A program made the position numbers and the translations under genes. Below the pieces are notes generated by a model. It was given only the letters and a program-made list of their open reading frames with translations. It searched no databases and was not told the DNA's origin. 35,733 bases of DNA, from the NCBI RefSeq assembly GCF_006345805.1, contig NW_021828087.1, positions 1 through 35,733 of the forward strand, read 5' to 3'. Below are positions 22,451-34,630 of the stretch, piece after piece. How positions within the stretch are numbered: position 1 is the first letter of the stretch; every line of letters starts with the position of its first letter. This stretch comes from Octopus sinensis (lineage: Eukaryota).

Positions 22451-22666
22451 CTTTGTTTGCTTCTTTGTGCGCATGTGTATGGGTCACTGTGTGTGTGTGT
22501 GTGTGTGTGTGTGTGCCTATGCATGCATGTACGTATGTATGTGTGTATGTATGTATGTGTATGTATATGTGTATGTGTTTTTGCATATGTATGCATGTAT
22601 ATATGTGTGTGCAGCTGTATGAATGTATCCTGCATATTCATGTGTCTGCATGTCCGTGTTCGTATG

Positions 22667-22764
22667 TTTTAGGAAAATAAAAATAAGAATTAAGTGGAAA
22701 TTTTACCGATGTGTGTGTTACATTATAAGGCACAAAAAGAAAATGACTCTCCCCAGACACAACA
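22667..22764 (+). repeat. 98-bp inverted copy of 22308-22405
   Basis: First 47 bp identical, a 9-bp divergent patch, one further mismatch. Confidence 0.9.
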
Positions 22765-23007
22765 ATAAATATATGCATATATATGTGCGTGGATGCGTGT
22801 GTGTGTGTATGCTTGTGTGTATGTGTTTGTCCCCCCAATATCGCTTGACAACCGATACTGGTGTGTTTACGTTCCCGTAATCTAGCGGTTTGGCAAAAGA
22901 GACCGGTACAATAAGCACTAGGCTTACAACGTATAAATCCTCGGGTCGATTTGCCCGACTAAAGGCGATGCTCTAGCATGACACATTTATATATATATAT
23001 ATATATG

Positions 23008-23043
<36 letters not shown>

Positions 23044-23329
23044 GAAAGAGAGAGAGAGAGAGAGCGAGAAAGAGCGTGTATTTTTGTATATACATACGTG
23101 CACGCACACAGACATATATATATACGTACGCTCTTGCATACATATATACGTATTATATACGTGCGCACATGCCTACATACATCCATAGATGCTTACACAC
23201 ATACAAACATGCATACATACGTATGTACGTACATATATAGATACATACATACCCGCGTGCATACACACATACATACATAATATAAATAATATATAAATAT
23301 ATGCGTATATACATACATATATGTACATA

Positions 23330-23520
23330 CCTACATATATATGTATATATACATGCATATATGGGTACAAGACATAAAAAAAAAACGTTGAACACAATGA
23401 GAAACGGAAACAGAAACAAAAACCTCGATAACAAACTTTTTACGAACAATGAAAGAAACAAACAGAGAAACGAAACATGCAACATAAAGTTGCCCCTGTT
23501 TCATCTACTCCGCGTTTCGA
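23330..23520 (-). mobile_element. pLTR-like fragment of the same family as 16960-17228
   Basis: Minus strand tcGAAACGCGGAGTagatgaaac...gtacccatatatgcatgtatat...gtaggtatgtacatatatg aligns with 16997-17200. Confidence 0.6.
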
Positions 23521-23869
23521 CATACATACATACATACATACATACATACATACATACATACATACATACATACATACATACATACATACGTACGTACGTA
23601 CATGTTTACATACATATAGCACTGAAAGGGTGAAGCGCTTTCATACGAGTAAATTTATATTAAAAATACATGAGGAAGAAACTGCTTTGTATACTTTATC
23701 ATAGATAAAAGAATGTGATTGTATTTCTATCTAAGTAAAAAGCTACCGGTTTCACTCTCTTTAAAATGCGATTTAGTCATGCTTGAATAAAATGGGAAAT
23801 TAACTGGAATAACTTGAATTAAGATAATTTTTAATGACATCAGTTCTTCAATGTCACGTGTTTTCTTAC

Positions 23870-24007
23870 AAAAGTCCCGTGGTGCCGCAATGTCGTTTCC
23901 TTCTGGTCGCTGCTGGGTCGTAGTTGTAGTAACAGCAGTTCAGGCGGCTCTCGTGCGTTGCTAATGTTCCGCGAAAGCATATTTGCCCGTAGGAGAATAT
24001 TAGGTTG
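23870..24007 (-). other. Candidate 138-nt exon of an unidentified gene
   Basis: GC-rich unique block; CTAAC branch plus cttttttcc-like pyrimidine tract and AG at 24009-08; GTAAGA donor at 23869-64; two of three frames open; no homology recognised. Confidence 0.35.
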
Positions 24008-24109
24008 CTTGGAAAAAGGTAACGGTTAGCCACAGGAAGAGCACCCATCTGTAGAAACATCTGCCTCGTTTGACCCACGCGAGCATGGAAAGGTGAACGT
24101 TAAAACGAT

Positions 24110-24218
24110 GAGGATGACGGCGGTGATGATGAAGATGTTGATTAAGAGGAGGAGGAAGAAGTGGGTGAGGTGACATTAGTGCTGGTTGCGTCGGTGATGA
24201 TGGCGATGATGATGATGG

Positions 24219-24266
<48 letters not shown>

Positions 24267-24490
24267 CAAGGAGGAGAAGGTGGACGGTGTTGATGATGAT
24301 GTTAAATAATGATAAGAATAATGATGGTGATGATGATGATAATGAATACAACGATGAAGGCGACGACGATGATGATGACGATGACAATGACGTTAACGAT
24401 GATGATGATGACAACGACGACGACGACGATGATGATGATGATGACGATGATGACGATGACGATGATGATGATGATGATGATGGCTATGGT
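24110..24490. repeat. (GAT/GAC)n tract
   Basis: Direct reading. Confidence 0.95.
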
Positions 24491-24559
24491 GAGTTAATGA
24501 TACGAAGTCAAGTTGACAGCTTGGAAGGTCAATAATCAACATAAAGTTGCCGCATTTAA

Positions 24560-24816
24560 ATTGGTGATTAGTTTGGTTTGATAATTAAGTGGTTTTCTAA
24601 TTGGTTAATTTAGTTGATCAGTAATTAGTTGGTCCGGCTAGAAATTGAATCGTAATGGTTTGGAAGCAATGGCTTGGTTCCTGAGGAATTGGCGGGAAAC
24701 CAACAATAATTAGCAATTAATCATTATAGGTTTTATGTTAATTATTTTAATAAAGATTATTTTTTAAAATTTCATTTAATTTCTATGAATATCTGTTTAA
24801 AATGTCATTTGATTGG
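24560..24816 (-). promoter_or_regulatory. CCAAT-box/E2F-like motif cluster
   Basis: ATTGG at 24560, 24600, 24688, 24812 and TTGGCGGGAAA (E2F-like TTTCCCGCCAA on minus) at 24689-99. Motifs only. Confidence 0.25.
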
Positions 24817-24840
24817 TTGAATTATGTCGGCGCTGCACTG

Positions 24841-24870
24841 GCAGCGATGGGCAGCGATGGGCAGCGATGG
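24841..24870. repeat. (GCAGCGATGG)x3 minisatellite
   Basis: Three exact 10-mers. Confidence 0.9.
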
Positions 24871-25519
24871 AGTGGCGACGAGGAATCGGCGATGAATCAT
24901 ACTTCACCAATTTGAGATTCCAGAGAGAAACTAAGTTGCTCTAAAATCATAATATCAAGTTCAAATCTTGCTTGTGTTATTTTCTATATAATAGCAATCT
25001 CTTCTCTAAACGAAATGCTCTTATAATTGAGCCGCCACGACTCTCCACCCATGTCCGTCCTGTTCCAATCTGCACAGCACTGCAAAACCTCCACCGCCAG
25101 CTTCCTTGACGTTACCACTAGATCTGTTTTCAAGTCTTACACTTGTTCTTTCGCCATATGCTGCACCCGTTCAGGGGTACTCATCAAAGTCTGGTCTTCT
25201 ATGTATATGGACGATGAACGTCCATTTTCTTTTCATGGTAGAATCTAACAGTCTTTCCTGGCACTTCTAATAACAATTCTTGTGCCAATATTGACGAAAA
25301 AAGTTTCATACCCAACCATGGGTGGGGAGGGGGCCCTGTACGTAGTCATTTCCTCTGCTAAACATAGCGACTAAGTCTCCCTTGAATCATACCAGACCAG
25401 CTGAGAAAAATTGGAAATGATGCGGTTGATGAAATCACATGGGATGTTCATGGCTGGAACGTCTTGGACCATAATTCTGGGCGGCAAGTGTGGATTTGGG
25501 GTTAAATAAGTATAATAAC

Positions 25520-25712
25520 AACAACAGCAACAACAGCTGCTACTTCTACTACTACTACTACTACTTCTACTACTATAGCTGCTGCTGCTGCTGCTGATGA
25601 TGATGATGAAGAGGAGGAGGAGGGGGAGGAGTCTACTACTGTTCTCGCCATCCACTTCCATATCATCATCATAATCCCCATTGCAATATTCTTCATCAAC
25701 GTCAACTTCACA

Positions 25713-25746
<34 letters not shown>

Positions 25747-25815
25747 TAATCACGATCATCAACATCATCATCGTCATCATCATCATCATCATCCCCATAG
25801 TCATTGTCATCATAC
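25520..25815. repeat. Compound trinucleotide tract (AAC/CTA/CTG/GAT/CAT)
   Basis: Direct reading. Confidence 0.9.
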
Positions 25816-25839
25816 GTGGTTTATATTAACTGGTATTGT

Positions 25840-26280
25840 TTAACCCCAGGTCAGCTATCCTCGAAAGGGTGGTCTCTGACCCATAAACATTGTCCCTTTA
25901 TTATAACTTGGTATTAAAGGTAGATTTAGCTGCTATTTCTAGTATGCATGTTATCCATAAAGATACTTCTTTCTTAGTTGACGTTTGTGTCATATTATCT
26001 AGCCCCAGGTCAAATTTGATTTAGCAACCCTATAATCAAAGCCATTCCACCCATGACTATTCCGGCTTTTCTTCAAACGTTGATGTGTCTAGGAACTACA
26101 TTATCAAAATTGTCTTTGCTTTTTAAAGACAGAAGATGGTTTAAGGGACATTTGACTGCTATTTCTAACAGATTTCAGTTAAAGCACCTTGTTGTTATTT
26201 AGCTCCAGGCCAACCTTGATCGAGCAGGCCGATAATGAAAGGTATTCCATCCGTGACATCCCATTTTTTACTTCCGTGCA
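25840..26280. mobile_element. Three degraded copies of a short interspersed repeat
   Basis: tagccccaggtca...atcaaag.cattcca.c.tgac motif at about 25840, 26000 and 26200; also about 27960, and inverted at about 31345. Confidence 0.5.
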
Positions 26281-26362
26281 AGTAATGCAGTACCACGTTA
26301 TTTGATGTGTGAGTTTGCAAGGGAGCAGGGTGTGAAATTTGAGGCAGAATTTGGCTGTTGTT

Positions 26363-26757
26363 TCTGACATGGTTCAGGTATGACTGTGCGATGAAGAAGC
26401 TCCCTTTGTAACCTCGGGGTCCCCGGTTCAGTCCCACTACACGGCACCTTGGGAAAGTGCCTTCTACTATGGTTCCAGACCGACCAATGTTTCGCGGGTA
26501 AATTTGGTAAATTTGGTGAACCGAAACTTCGAGGTCCGTGGCGCGCACGAGTCTGTGTCCACGACCGCTTGACCGTTGGTGTTGGTTTGCTTACGTTCCT
26601 GTAACTTAGAGGTTTGGCAAAAAGGACTGATAGAATAAATACCAGACTAAAAGAAAAAATATTCTTTGTTTCGGTTTGTTCTATTAAAGTCCCTTCAAGA
26701 CGGTGCCCCAGTATGACCGCAGTCAAATGACGGAACAAGTGAAAGAAAGATAAAGGA
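26363..26757 (+). mobile_element. SINE family A, diverged
   Basis: ggttcagtcccactacacggcaccttgg head and cggtgccccagtatgaccgcagtcaaatgac tail as in 11428-11810. Confidence 0.8.
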
Positions 26758-27239
26758 TGCTGATCAACCACATCCTGACTCCTCCCCCTTCTCCGATAAC
26801 GTGATCTGTCACCATAGCAACACTGTCATTCACAACAACCTCATTCAATAAAGCCAAAATCTTTCACACGAAATCTTTCTTTCTTTCTTCGTTATGTCCA
26901 CACCAAAACTTTGCTGTTTACTGAGAATTTGGCCACAGACAACTGGTCGCCAAGTAAGACTGACCTCTCTGTTAAACATTCACCTCTCAAGCTTCAAACT
27001 TGACCTCTCCCCTATCACTGACCCCTGCTGGCTTTCAATATTGACCTCTTCTCTCTGCTACACATGATCTAAAATTCAAAATCCCTCTCCAACCAATGCT
27101 ATTATTTTACCAACAATACAGAATCACTGGAGAATTACAGAACGTCCTGCCTTTGGCACCACCAAACACCATCTACATTCCCATCTACATTCTCCCCGCA
27201 TCTCACTCGTATCCCACCCGTCCACCCCAAACTAAGTAT

Positions 27240-27930
27240 TCTTTCATCTTTTACACTCTCTTTACCTTCCTTGCTTTTCTTTCTTTCTCCTCTTCTTTCT
27301 TCCTTGCTCCCTGTCTCTTTCAATATCTTTATTCCTTTCTTCCTTTCTTTCTCCTTTTCTGTCTTTCTTTCTTTCTCCCTTTCTTTCTTTCTTTTATTCT
27401 TCCTTCATTTCTTTCTTCCTTTCTTGCTTGTTTGTTTTCTTGCACTCTTTCTTCTTTTCTTTCTGTCTTTCTTCCTTCCAACATTTCTTCCTTTCTTTCA
27501 TTTTTTCTTTCTTCCTTTCTTTCTTTCTTTCTCCCTTTCTCCCTTTCTTTCTTCCATTCTTTCTTCCTTCCTTTCTTTCTCCCTTTCTTTCTCCCTTTCT
27601 TTCTCCCTTTTTCTTTCTTCCTTCTTCTTTCTTTCTTTTCTTTCTTTCTCCCTTTCTTTCTTTCTCCCTTTCTTTCTTTCTTTGTTTTTTTCCTTCTTCC
27701 TTTCTTTCTCTCTTTCTTTCTTTCTTTCTTTCTCCCTTTCTTTCTCCCTTTCTTTCTTTCTCCCTTTCTTTATTTCTTTCTTTCTTTCTCTCTTCCTTTC
27801 TTGCACTCTCTCTTTCTTTATCTATCTATACGACTTTCTTTCTGTCTTTTTTTCCTTCACTTCTTCTCTGTCTCTTTCTTTCTTGCCCCCCTCTTCTCAC
27901 TCTCTCTAGCCTCCTCTTTCTCTCTTTCAT
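27240..27930. repeat. Polypyrimidine (TTTC/TTTCTCCC)n tract
   Basis: Direct reading; source of the Phe/Leu/Ser and Glu/Arg/Lys ORFs. Confidence 0.95.
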
Positions 27931-28384
27931 TCTGATCGGTGACATAGGGCAATAAGCTGTTTGACCCTGAATCAGCTCCCGGTCAGCCAGATTTAGGATC
28001 AAAGACATTCCAGTAGTGACCATCACAACTTTTCTATTTTTTGCAACCAAAATGTTGTATCCAGCGTCATTTCCTCCAATGTGGCTTTTCCATTTTGATA
28101 AGATAGCGAGGTGTATTTTGAAGAACATTTAGCTATTGTTTCTAGCAGATCGAGCGACCACGGGGAGGCAGCTCGCTGGTTCGAAAGAGAGTTAAACTCT
28201 GGTAATGATGAGTCACTTTTGTTAAATCGTGGACCCAAGGGAAGCCATTTTAAGGGTCACGAAGGAGGAACAGAGAACCAGTGTGATGGAACGTGTAGTT
28301 ACATACACTCACGTTTATAGGTATGTCTATCTACATATAAGGAGGTCGACACCTCACACACACACACAGATATATACATATACA

Positions 28385-28766
<382 letters not shown>

Positions 28767-29071
28767 GCATATAAAGCCTCTCACGATGTATATAAACAAG
28801 AAGTTGAACGTAAGGAAATAGGTAAAAAAGTGTCCAAATGAAATAGTTGATTTCATTCATTCCTTCCTTACTAAAGTGTCGTTCTGTGATTCACTATGTT
28901 TCCTGTCACATTAATCACTTCCGGTAACACACACAGACAACATGTAGTTCTGTGATTTAAAGAAACACTTACTAAATAAATAGTTCAATAGTTATGTCTT
29001 CTTTTATTTAAAGATTTTTGGCCTTTTCTTGTATTACACACAATATAGTAGTCGCTTATTCCACACACATA

Positions 29072-30350
29072 CGAGGGACGTTCAATAAGTAATGCCTCTG
29101 ACCCACTTGCAGTTGTTTGATCTAGCTGAAATGTGCAATCATTTATATCTCTATAGAGTAAGTGGCAAATTACAGCTCTGAATTAATTGTGGTTTCTGAT
29201 TTACAGGTGTTTGAACTGAGTCAAGTGTGAAATGGAGCCTGTTGAGTGTCGAGCAGTGATCCGGTTTTTGTATTTGAAAGGACTCACACCACGGGAGACT
29301 TTTGATGAAATGAAAGTAACTTATGGTGATGATGCCCCATCATATGACCTTGTAAAACGCTGGCATCGTGAATTCAAACATGATCGGAACTCTGTGGAAA
29401 CAGCTCCCAGATCTGGTCGCCCCTTCTGCCATTGATGAGGCATCTGTCCGTCAAGTTGAGGCTGCCATTTTGGAAGATCGACGCATAATTATTCGCCAAA
29501 TAGCCCATGAGGTCAAGATTAGTACCGGGTCTGTGGAAACTATCATTCATGACCATTTTCATATGCAAAAGGTGTCTGCCAGATGGATTCCCAGGTTGCT
29601 CACGCCTTTCCAGAAGCAAGAACGCGTCGAGTGCTCGAGGGTGAATTTGGAGATGTGCCAAGATGAGTCAAAATTTTTCAAAAGACTGATTACACAGGAT
29701 GAAACCTGGGTCCATCACGATGATCCAGAGACCAAAGCCCAGTCAATGCAGTGGAAGCACCGTGACTCACCCCCTCCAAAGAAGACAAGGGTGCAGCCCT
29801 CCGCTGGCAAGGTCATGCTCACAGTCTTCTGGGACCAGGACGGAGTAGTGATGACAGATTTCTTGGCAAAGGGTACCACAATTGCAGGAGCCTATTATGC
29901 TTCACTTTTGAGGAAATTAAGAGAAGTTATCAAAATCAAGAGGCGGGGCAAGATCAGCAAAGACATCCTCCTCCTGCAGGACAACGCTCCGGTCCACAAC
30001 TCGCTTGTCGCCAGATCAGAAGCACAGGCGTATGGCTATGAACTCCTCCCCATCCCCCTACTCTCCTGACCTTGCACCCTCTGATTTTCACCTCTTCTCA
30101 GTCATGAAGTTGTTTTTGAAAGGAAAGCGTTTCCCAGATGATGCAGCCTTGATTTCTGAAGTCACGTTCAGGTTGGAGGACCAAGCTGGGGTCTTCTACA
30201 AAAACGGTCTCCAGAGCTGCATCAAACAATGGGAGAAATGCGTAACTCTGGGTGGTTCGTATGTAGAAAAAGACTAATAACTGTGCCAAGTTTCGTTGCT
30301 CTACTGCTATGGGAAGTGGGTCAGGGGCATTACTTATTGAACGCCCCTCG
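29072..30350 (+). mobile_element. Near-intact mariner element, 1279 bp
   Basis: TA at both flanks; 37-bp TIRs match at 35/37 (cgagggacgttcaataagtaatgcctctgacccactt). Confidence 0.96.
29232..30277 (+). pseudogene. D34D mariner transposase with two frameshifts
   Basis: WIPRLL, ITQDETW, LLQDNAPVH, YSPDLAPSDFHLF; three overlapping ORFs join at about 29423 and 30055 with no stops in the stitched frame. Confidence 0.92.
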
Positions 30351-30451
30351 TATATACACAGTTCGCATGATTCGAACAATATTGTTATTATTATTGCTAA
30401 GGCGAATACAATTTCAAGTGTTGTGCCAATAATAGAAACAATTTTTGTTAA

Positions 30452-30592
30452 GGTGGCGAGCTGGCAGAATCGTTAGCACGCCTCAGAAAAAAACTTAGCG
30501 GCATTTTTTCTGTCTTTACATTCTGAGTTCAAATTCCGCCGAGGTTGACTTGGTCTTTCATGCTCTCGGGTTCGATAAAATAAGTGCCAGTT
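30452..30592 (+). mobile_element. tRNA-derived SINE family B
   Basis: ggtggcgagctggcagaatcg head (A-box-like tggcagaatcg), B box gagttcaaattcc; homologous to 13652-13845; a second degraded head follows at about 30595-30645. Confidence 0.82.
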
Positions 30593-30917
30593 CAGGGCGG
30601 AGGTTTGGCAGGATCGGCAGAGCGTCGCACAAAACTCTTAGCAATGGTTGGAACATTTCTACTGATTCTTAAATCTTGATTCCAATAAACCGAATATTGA
30701 GAGATATTTTCGTATTTGTTTTGTTTACTCAATGCAAAGTGAATTTATTAAGCGGCTGATTCTAATAACTACATTCTTACTTTCTTACATCATCAGGACT
30801 TCTGTGAGTGTATATGTGTGCGTGAGAGAGAGCGAGACTGTGTGTGTGTATGTGCTCGCGTTCGTACAGATTGATAGATAGAGAGAGAGAGATAGTCACA
30901 AATATCTAATATGCATG

Positions 30918-30958
<41 letters not shown>

Positions 30959-31728
30959 TCATATGCATAATGTAATGAATTTCAACCAGCATTTCCCGAT
31001 TCTGTCATGTCGTCTGCCATCAGTGAATTAATAAAATTGATTTCTTTTACATTTTTTAAAAACAGACAAAAAGAAAAAAAACTTGTTGATTGACTGGTAA
31101 CTAGTAAATTCATCGTAATTATTTCGGTGAAACTACTTGCTAATGAGATAAAAGACTGTGAATAGGGGGAGTCGGGTGTGATTTGAACTCAAGTCTCTCT
31201 ATCGCCACCGTTCGCTTCATGATATTGAGTAGTCCAACGAGAGAACGAAACACGATTTGTAATAGCAGAGAAATCACCCTCTAAAAACACCATACCATGT
31301 TAAATAGGTACACAGAATAATTATAGATAAAAATACATGATGGTCATGTTTGGAATGTCTTTGACAATTCGTCTTCTTAACCAAGTTTGATATGGGTAAT
31401 CAATGCATGTGTGGCTTTGTGACGTAGTAATTTGGTTTGCATTTTCGTATTTGCGCATTCAATTTCTAAGTGCAGCACTTTGGGTAATTGTCATCAATTT
31501 TAGCTGTGAATTAAATTTGGAAGATGAAAACCCGAGTTGATTACGAAATAAGTATAACGGAAATATTTCTTATGTGCAAAGCGTGTACCAAAGTGATGAT
31601 GAAGATGTAAAATCAGGTTTAGAGCATTGATGTGTGTGTGGTATATATATTATATATATATGTATGTATGTATATATATATATATGTATATATATTATAT
31701 ATATAATATAATATATATATTATTATAT

Positions 31729-31772
<44 letters not shown>

Positions 31773-31774
31773 CT

Positions 31775-33920
31775 TAGAATAACTTAGAAAGGTTTTGGCC
31801 AGTATTGGCCCAGGCCATGTCTAACTTAATAGCACCACCTGGTGAAGTCTTTCAGTTCAGGATTTGGGCACCAAGGCCCATTCGAGCAGAGAGTTATTTT
31901 TTGCGGAGACATATCCGGGTGTGGGTGGTTTGTCCGGTACTGTTTGAAGGAATTTGTCCAAAGACTTCTTGAATTTTGTGTGGTCAGTTTCTTTTTTGAC
32001 GTGCCCTGGTGTAATGTTGAAGAGAGCAGGTCCAATTGAGGTGAAATAGTTGTGCCGTATTGTCGTTATGTGATGCGATTTAGATTTTTGTTGTGGACGG
32101 ATGGCACGTGGTCCAAGCCTTGGATGCATTTTGAAGGTGATGCCAACATCATTTGGACAGTGCTGGTGGAATATTTTCCACATCATACAAATAATGTAGC
32201 GTTCACGGCGTCGTTGGAGTGAATATAATTTCAGCTTCTCTAGTCTACCCCAGTAGTCAAGGTCTGACATGCCATCTATCTTTTTTGTGATTGACCTTTG
32301 GGGAGCTTCAATTCTCATAATATTTTGTTTTGTGTAGGGAGACCACAGTGGACAGCAGTATTCAAGGTGGGGTCGGGCAAAAGTGGAGAAGAGAAGGATA
32401 ATAGCGTGGGAATCTCTCGACTGGAAGGTTCTGAGAATCCAGGAACACATTCTGCGGGCCATGTCAACTTTGCTGCTTATATGTGTAGCCCAGCTATGTT
32501 GTTGTCCACTTGTACTCCCAGGTCTCTGATGTTGTTGGATGCCATGAGAATTTCTCCAGAAGGAAGAGAGTATGGGAGTTTCAGAGCGTCCTCCCTTCCA
32601 AAGTGGATCAGTTCAAATTTGTCTTCATTTAGCAACATGTTATTCTTTTCCGCCCATTGGACAACAGCCAGTAGGTCTGACTGAAGGTTTATTCGGTCAT
32701 CCACGCCATTGATGACCTTCTGGAGCTTGGAGTCATCAGCGAAGGTTCTGATGTTACTGTGTTTGATGGTATCAGTAATATCATTTATGTAGATGATGAA
32801 GAGAAGTGGGCCCAACACAGTGCCTTGTGGGACACCACTGCTGACTTTGGCTGGGCTGGATTTGACTCCTTCGGCTACCACATGTTGGATTCTGTTAGAC
32901 AGGAAGCACTTGATCCACTGCAGCAACTTCCAGTGACACCAATATTGGAAGCTTTCTCAGAAGGATCTTATGATCAACCCTGTCAAAGGCCTTGCTGAAA
33001 TCAAGGTAGATGACATCAGTGTTGGAACCTTCTCCCAAGGCTCTCAAAATGTCATCAAAATGATGCAGTAGCTGCGTCAGGCATCTCTCCCATTACGGAA
33101 TCCATGCTGGTTGGGGTTCAGCATATTATGCCTCTCAAGGAAGTGAGTCATACGCGATCTCAGCACCCTCTCAAATACCTTGATGATATGAGAGGTGAGT
33201 GAGATTGGACGGTAATTCACGGCAAGCGATTTGTTTCCTTTTTTGAAACTGGGACAACAGACTGGGATAGAAGGTCCTCTGGTATATCCAGCATCCAGTG
33301 AGTTCCGCCACAGATTGGCTAGAGGGGGTGCAAGTTGGTTTTGACACATCTTCAAGACACAAGCAGGGAACCTATCGGGACCTACTGCTGAATATGCTTC
33401 ATTTCCTTTATTGCTGCTAAGACATCAGGAGCGCCAAATGTTATGTCCGATAAAGTGTATTGGGGAGTACCATCACTGATACAGCCCAGATCAGTCATAT
33501 CAGGATTGCTGAAAACAGAGCAATATTGTTTCTGCAATATCTCTCCATGGTTTTGGCATTGTCTTGAAGAGTACCATTTTCATCAATCAGAGGGCCAACA
33601 GTAGAACCAGTGACTCTCTGTTTTTTTGCAAATGAAAAGAACACTTTGGGATTGAGTTTGATCTTCTCAATGGCCCAGCCTCTTCAGCTCTTCGCTGACT
33701 ATTGATGATAGACATCATGTTGTTTTGGAGTTTATGTTTTTTAATCTCTAGCGACGAGATGGCAGTCAGGTTGGTGTGTTGCTGTTGACAGTATTTCAGC
33801 ATGTTGATCTTTTTGTTGATTCTTTTAATTTTCCTTATGAGAGATTTTCTATTTCTAGGGATTCGACACTTAGATTTCCATCGTTTCAATAATATATCGT
33901 TCAGATACATCATGAACATA
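31775..33920 (-). mobile_element. 5'-truncated CR1/L2-like LINE (ORF2 RT region, frameshifted)
   Basis: NYRPISLTSHIIKVFE, NPNQHGFR, LDFSKAFD, SGVPQGTVLGPLLF, FADDSKL, RPHLEYC, LYSLQRRRER; stop at 31857-59; short 3' UTR and (TTCTAAGTTA)-type tail. Confidence 0.93.
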
Positions 33921-34289
33921 AAAACGATCTTAAATATAAATCATTGTAATGTGCGGGTGAGTGTGTTTATTTATGTGTATATGCACACATGCATTTATAT
34001 GTATGTATAAATAGTTATCAAAGCCTTGTGGGACAAAGTCGAGACGATAGATAATGAACAGCATAAAGATTAACGCCATACTGGCGCTGTTAAGCAACCA
34101 GCTGTTAAATAAGAAAGGGAAATAAATCTAACCTACGACCATTAAAAAAATGTTGTTTAAAGAGTTGAGAGGTAAAAATCACAGAAGTAGATGCATTAAA
34201 CTGCAAAATAGTATTATGTTTTGTCCTGGCGCTTCTGTCCCGTGAAGGAAGATGGAAAAAGATGGGAAATATTGGGTTCTGACTAAAGA

Positions 34290-34630
34290 AACAAGGCCAT
34301 CAGTTTTCAAGGAAAGAAATCATCCGATATCATTGACCCCAGGACATGACTGGCACTTTATTTCATTGACCCTTAAAAGTATGAGAAATAAAGTTGATTT
34401 CAGCAGGATTTGAACTCAAAATGTGCAGTGCTGAAAGAACAACTTTTCAACACTGAAGCGATATTCTGCCATCTGCCCGCCTTCTGGGGTTGGGGTGACG
34501 GTCAGTATTCGGCTGGTCCTTCATGTTATCGACCCTGGAAGGGTGAAAGACAGTGTTGGTTTCGATGCGATTTGAATTCAGAACGTAAAGGACCATTTAA
34601 TTAAATGCTTATTAGATATTTTGTCAATCA
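34290..34630 (-). mobile_element. Two degraded SINE family B remnants
   Basis: atttgaactca/atttgaattca (B box on minus) and atcgaccc/ttgaccc motifs as in 13652-13845. Confidence 0.55.

Larger units (their letters stand above)
21805..22983 (+). mobile_element. SINE family A split by nested insertions
   Basis: 5' part 21805-21936 and 3' part about 22820-22983 match 11465-11555 and 11595-11760; the interval between holds pLTR-like fragments. Confidence 0.75.

Noticed and set aside
25030-25260. Possible degraded LINE 3' end on minus
   Set aside because: Only vague similarity; no diagnostic motif recoverable by eye.
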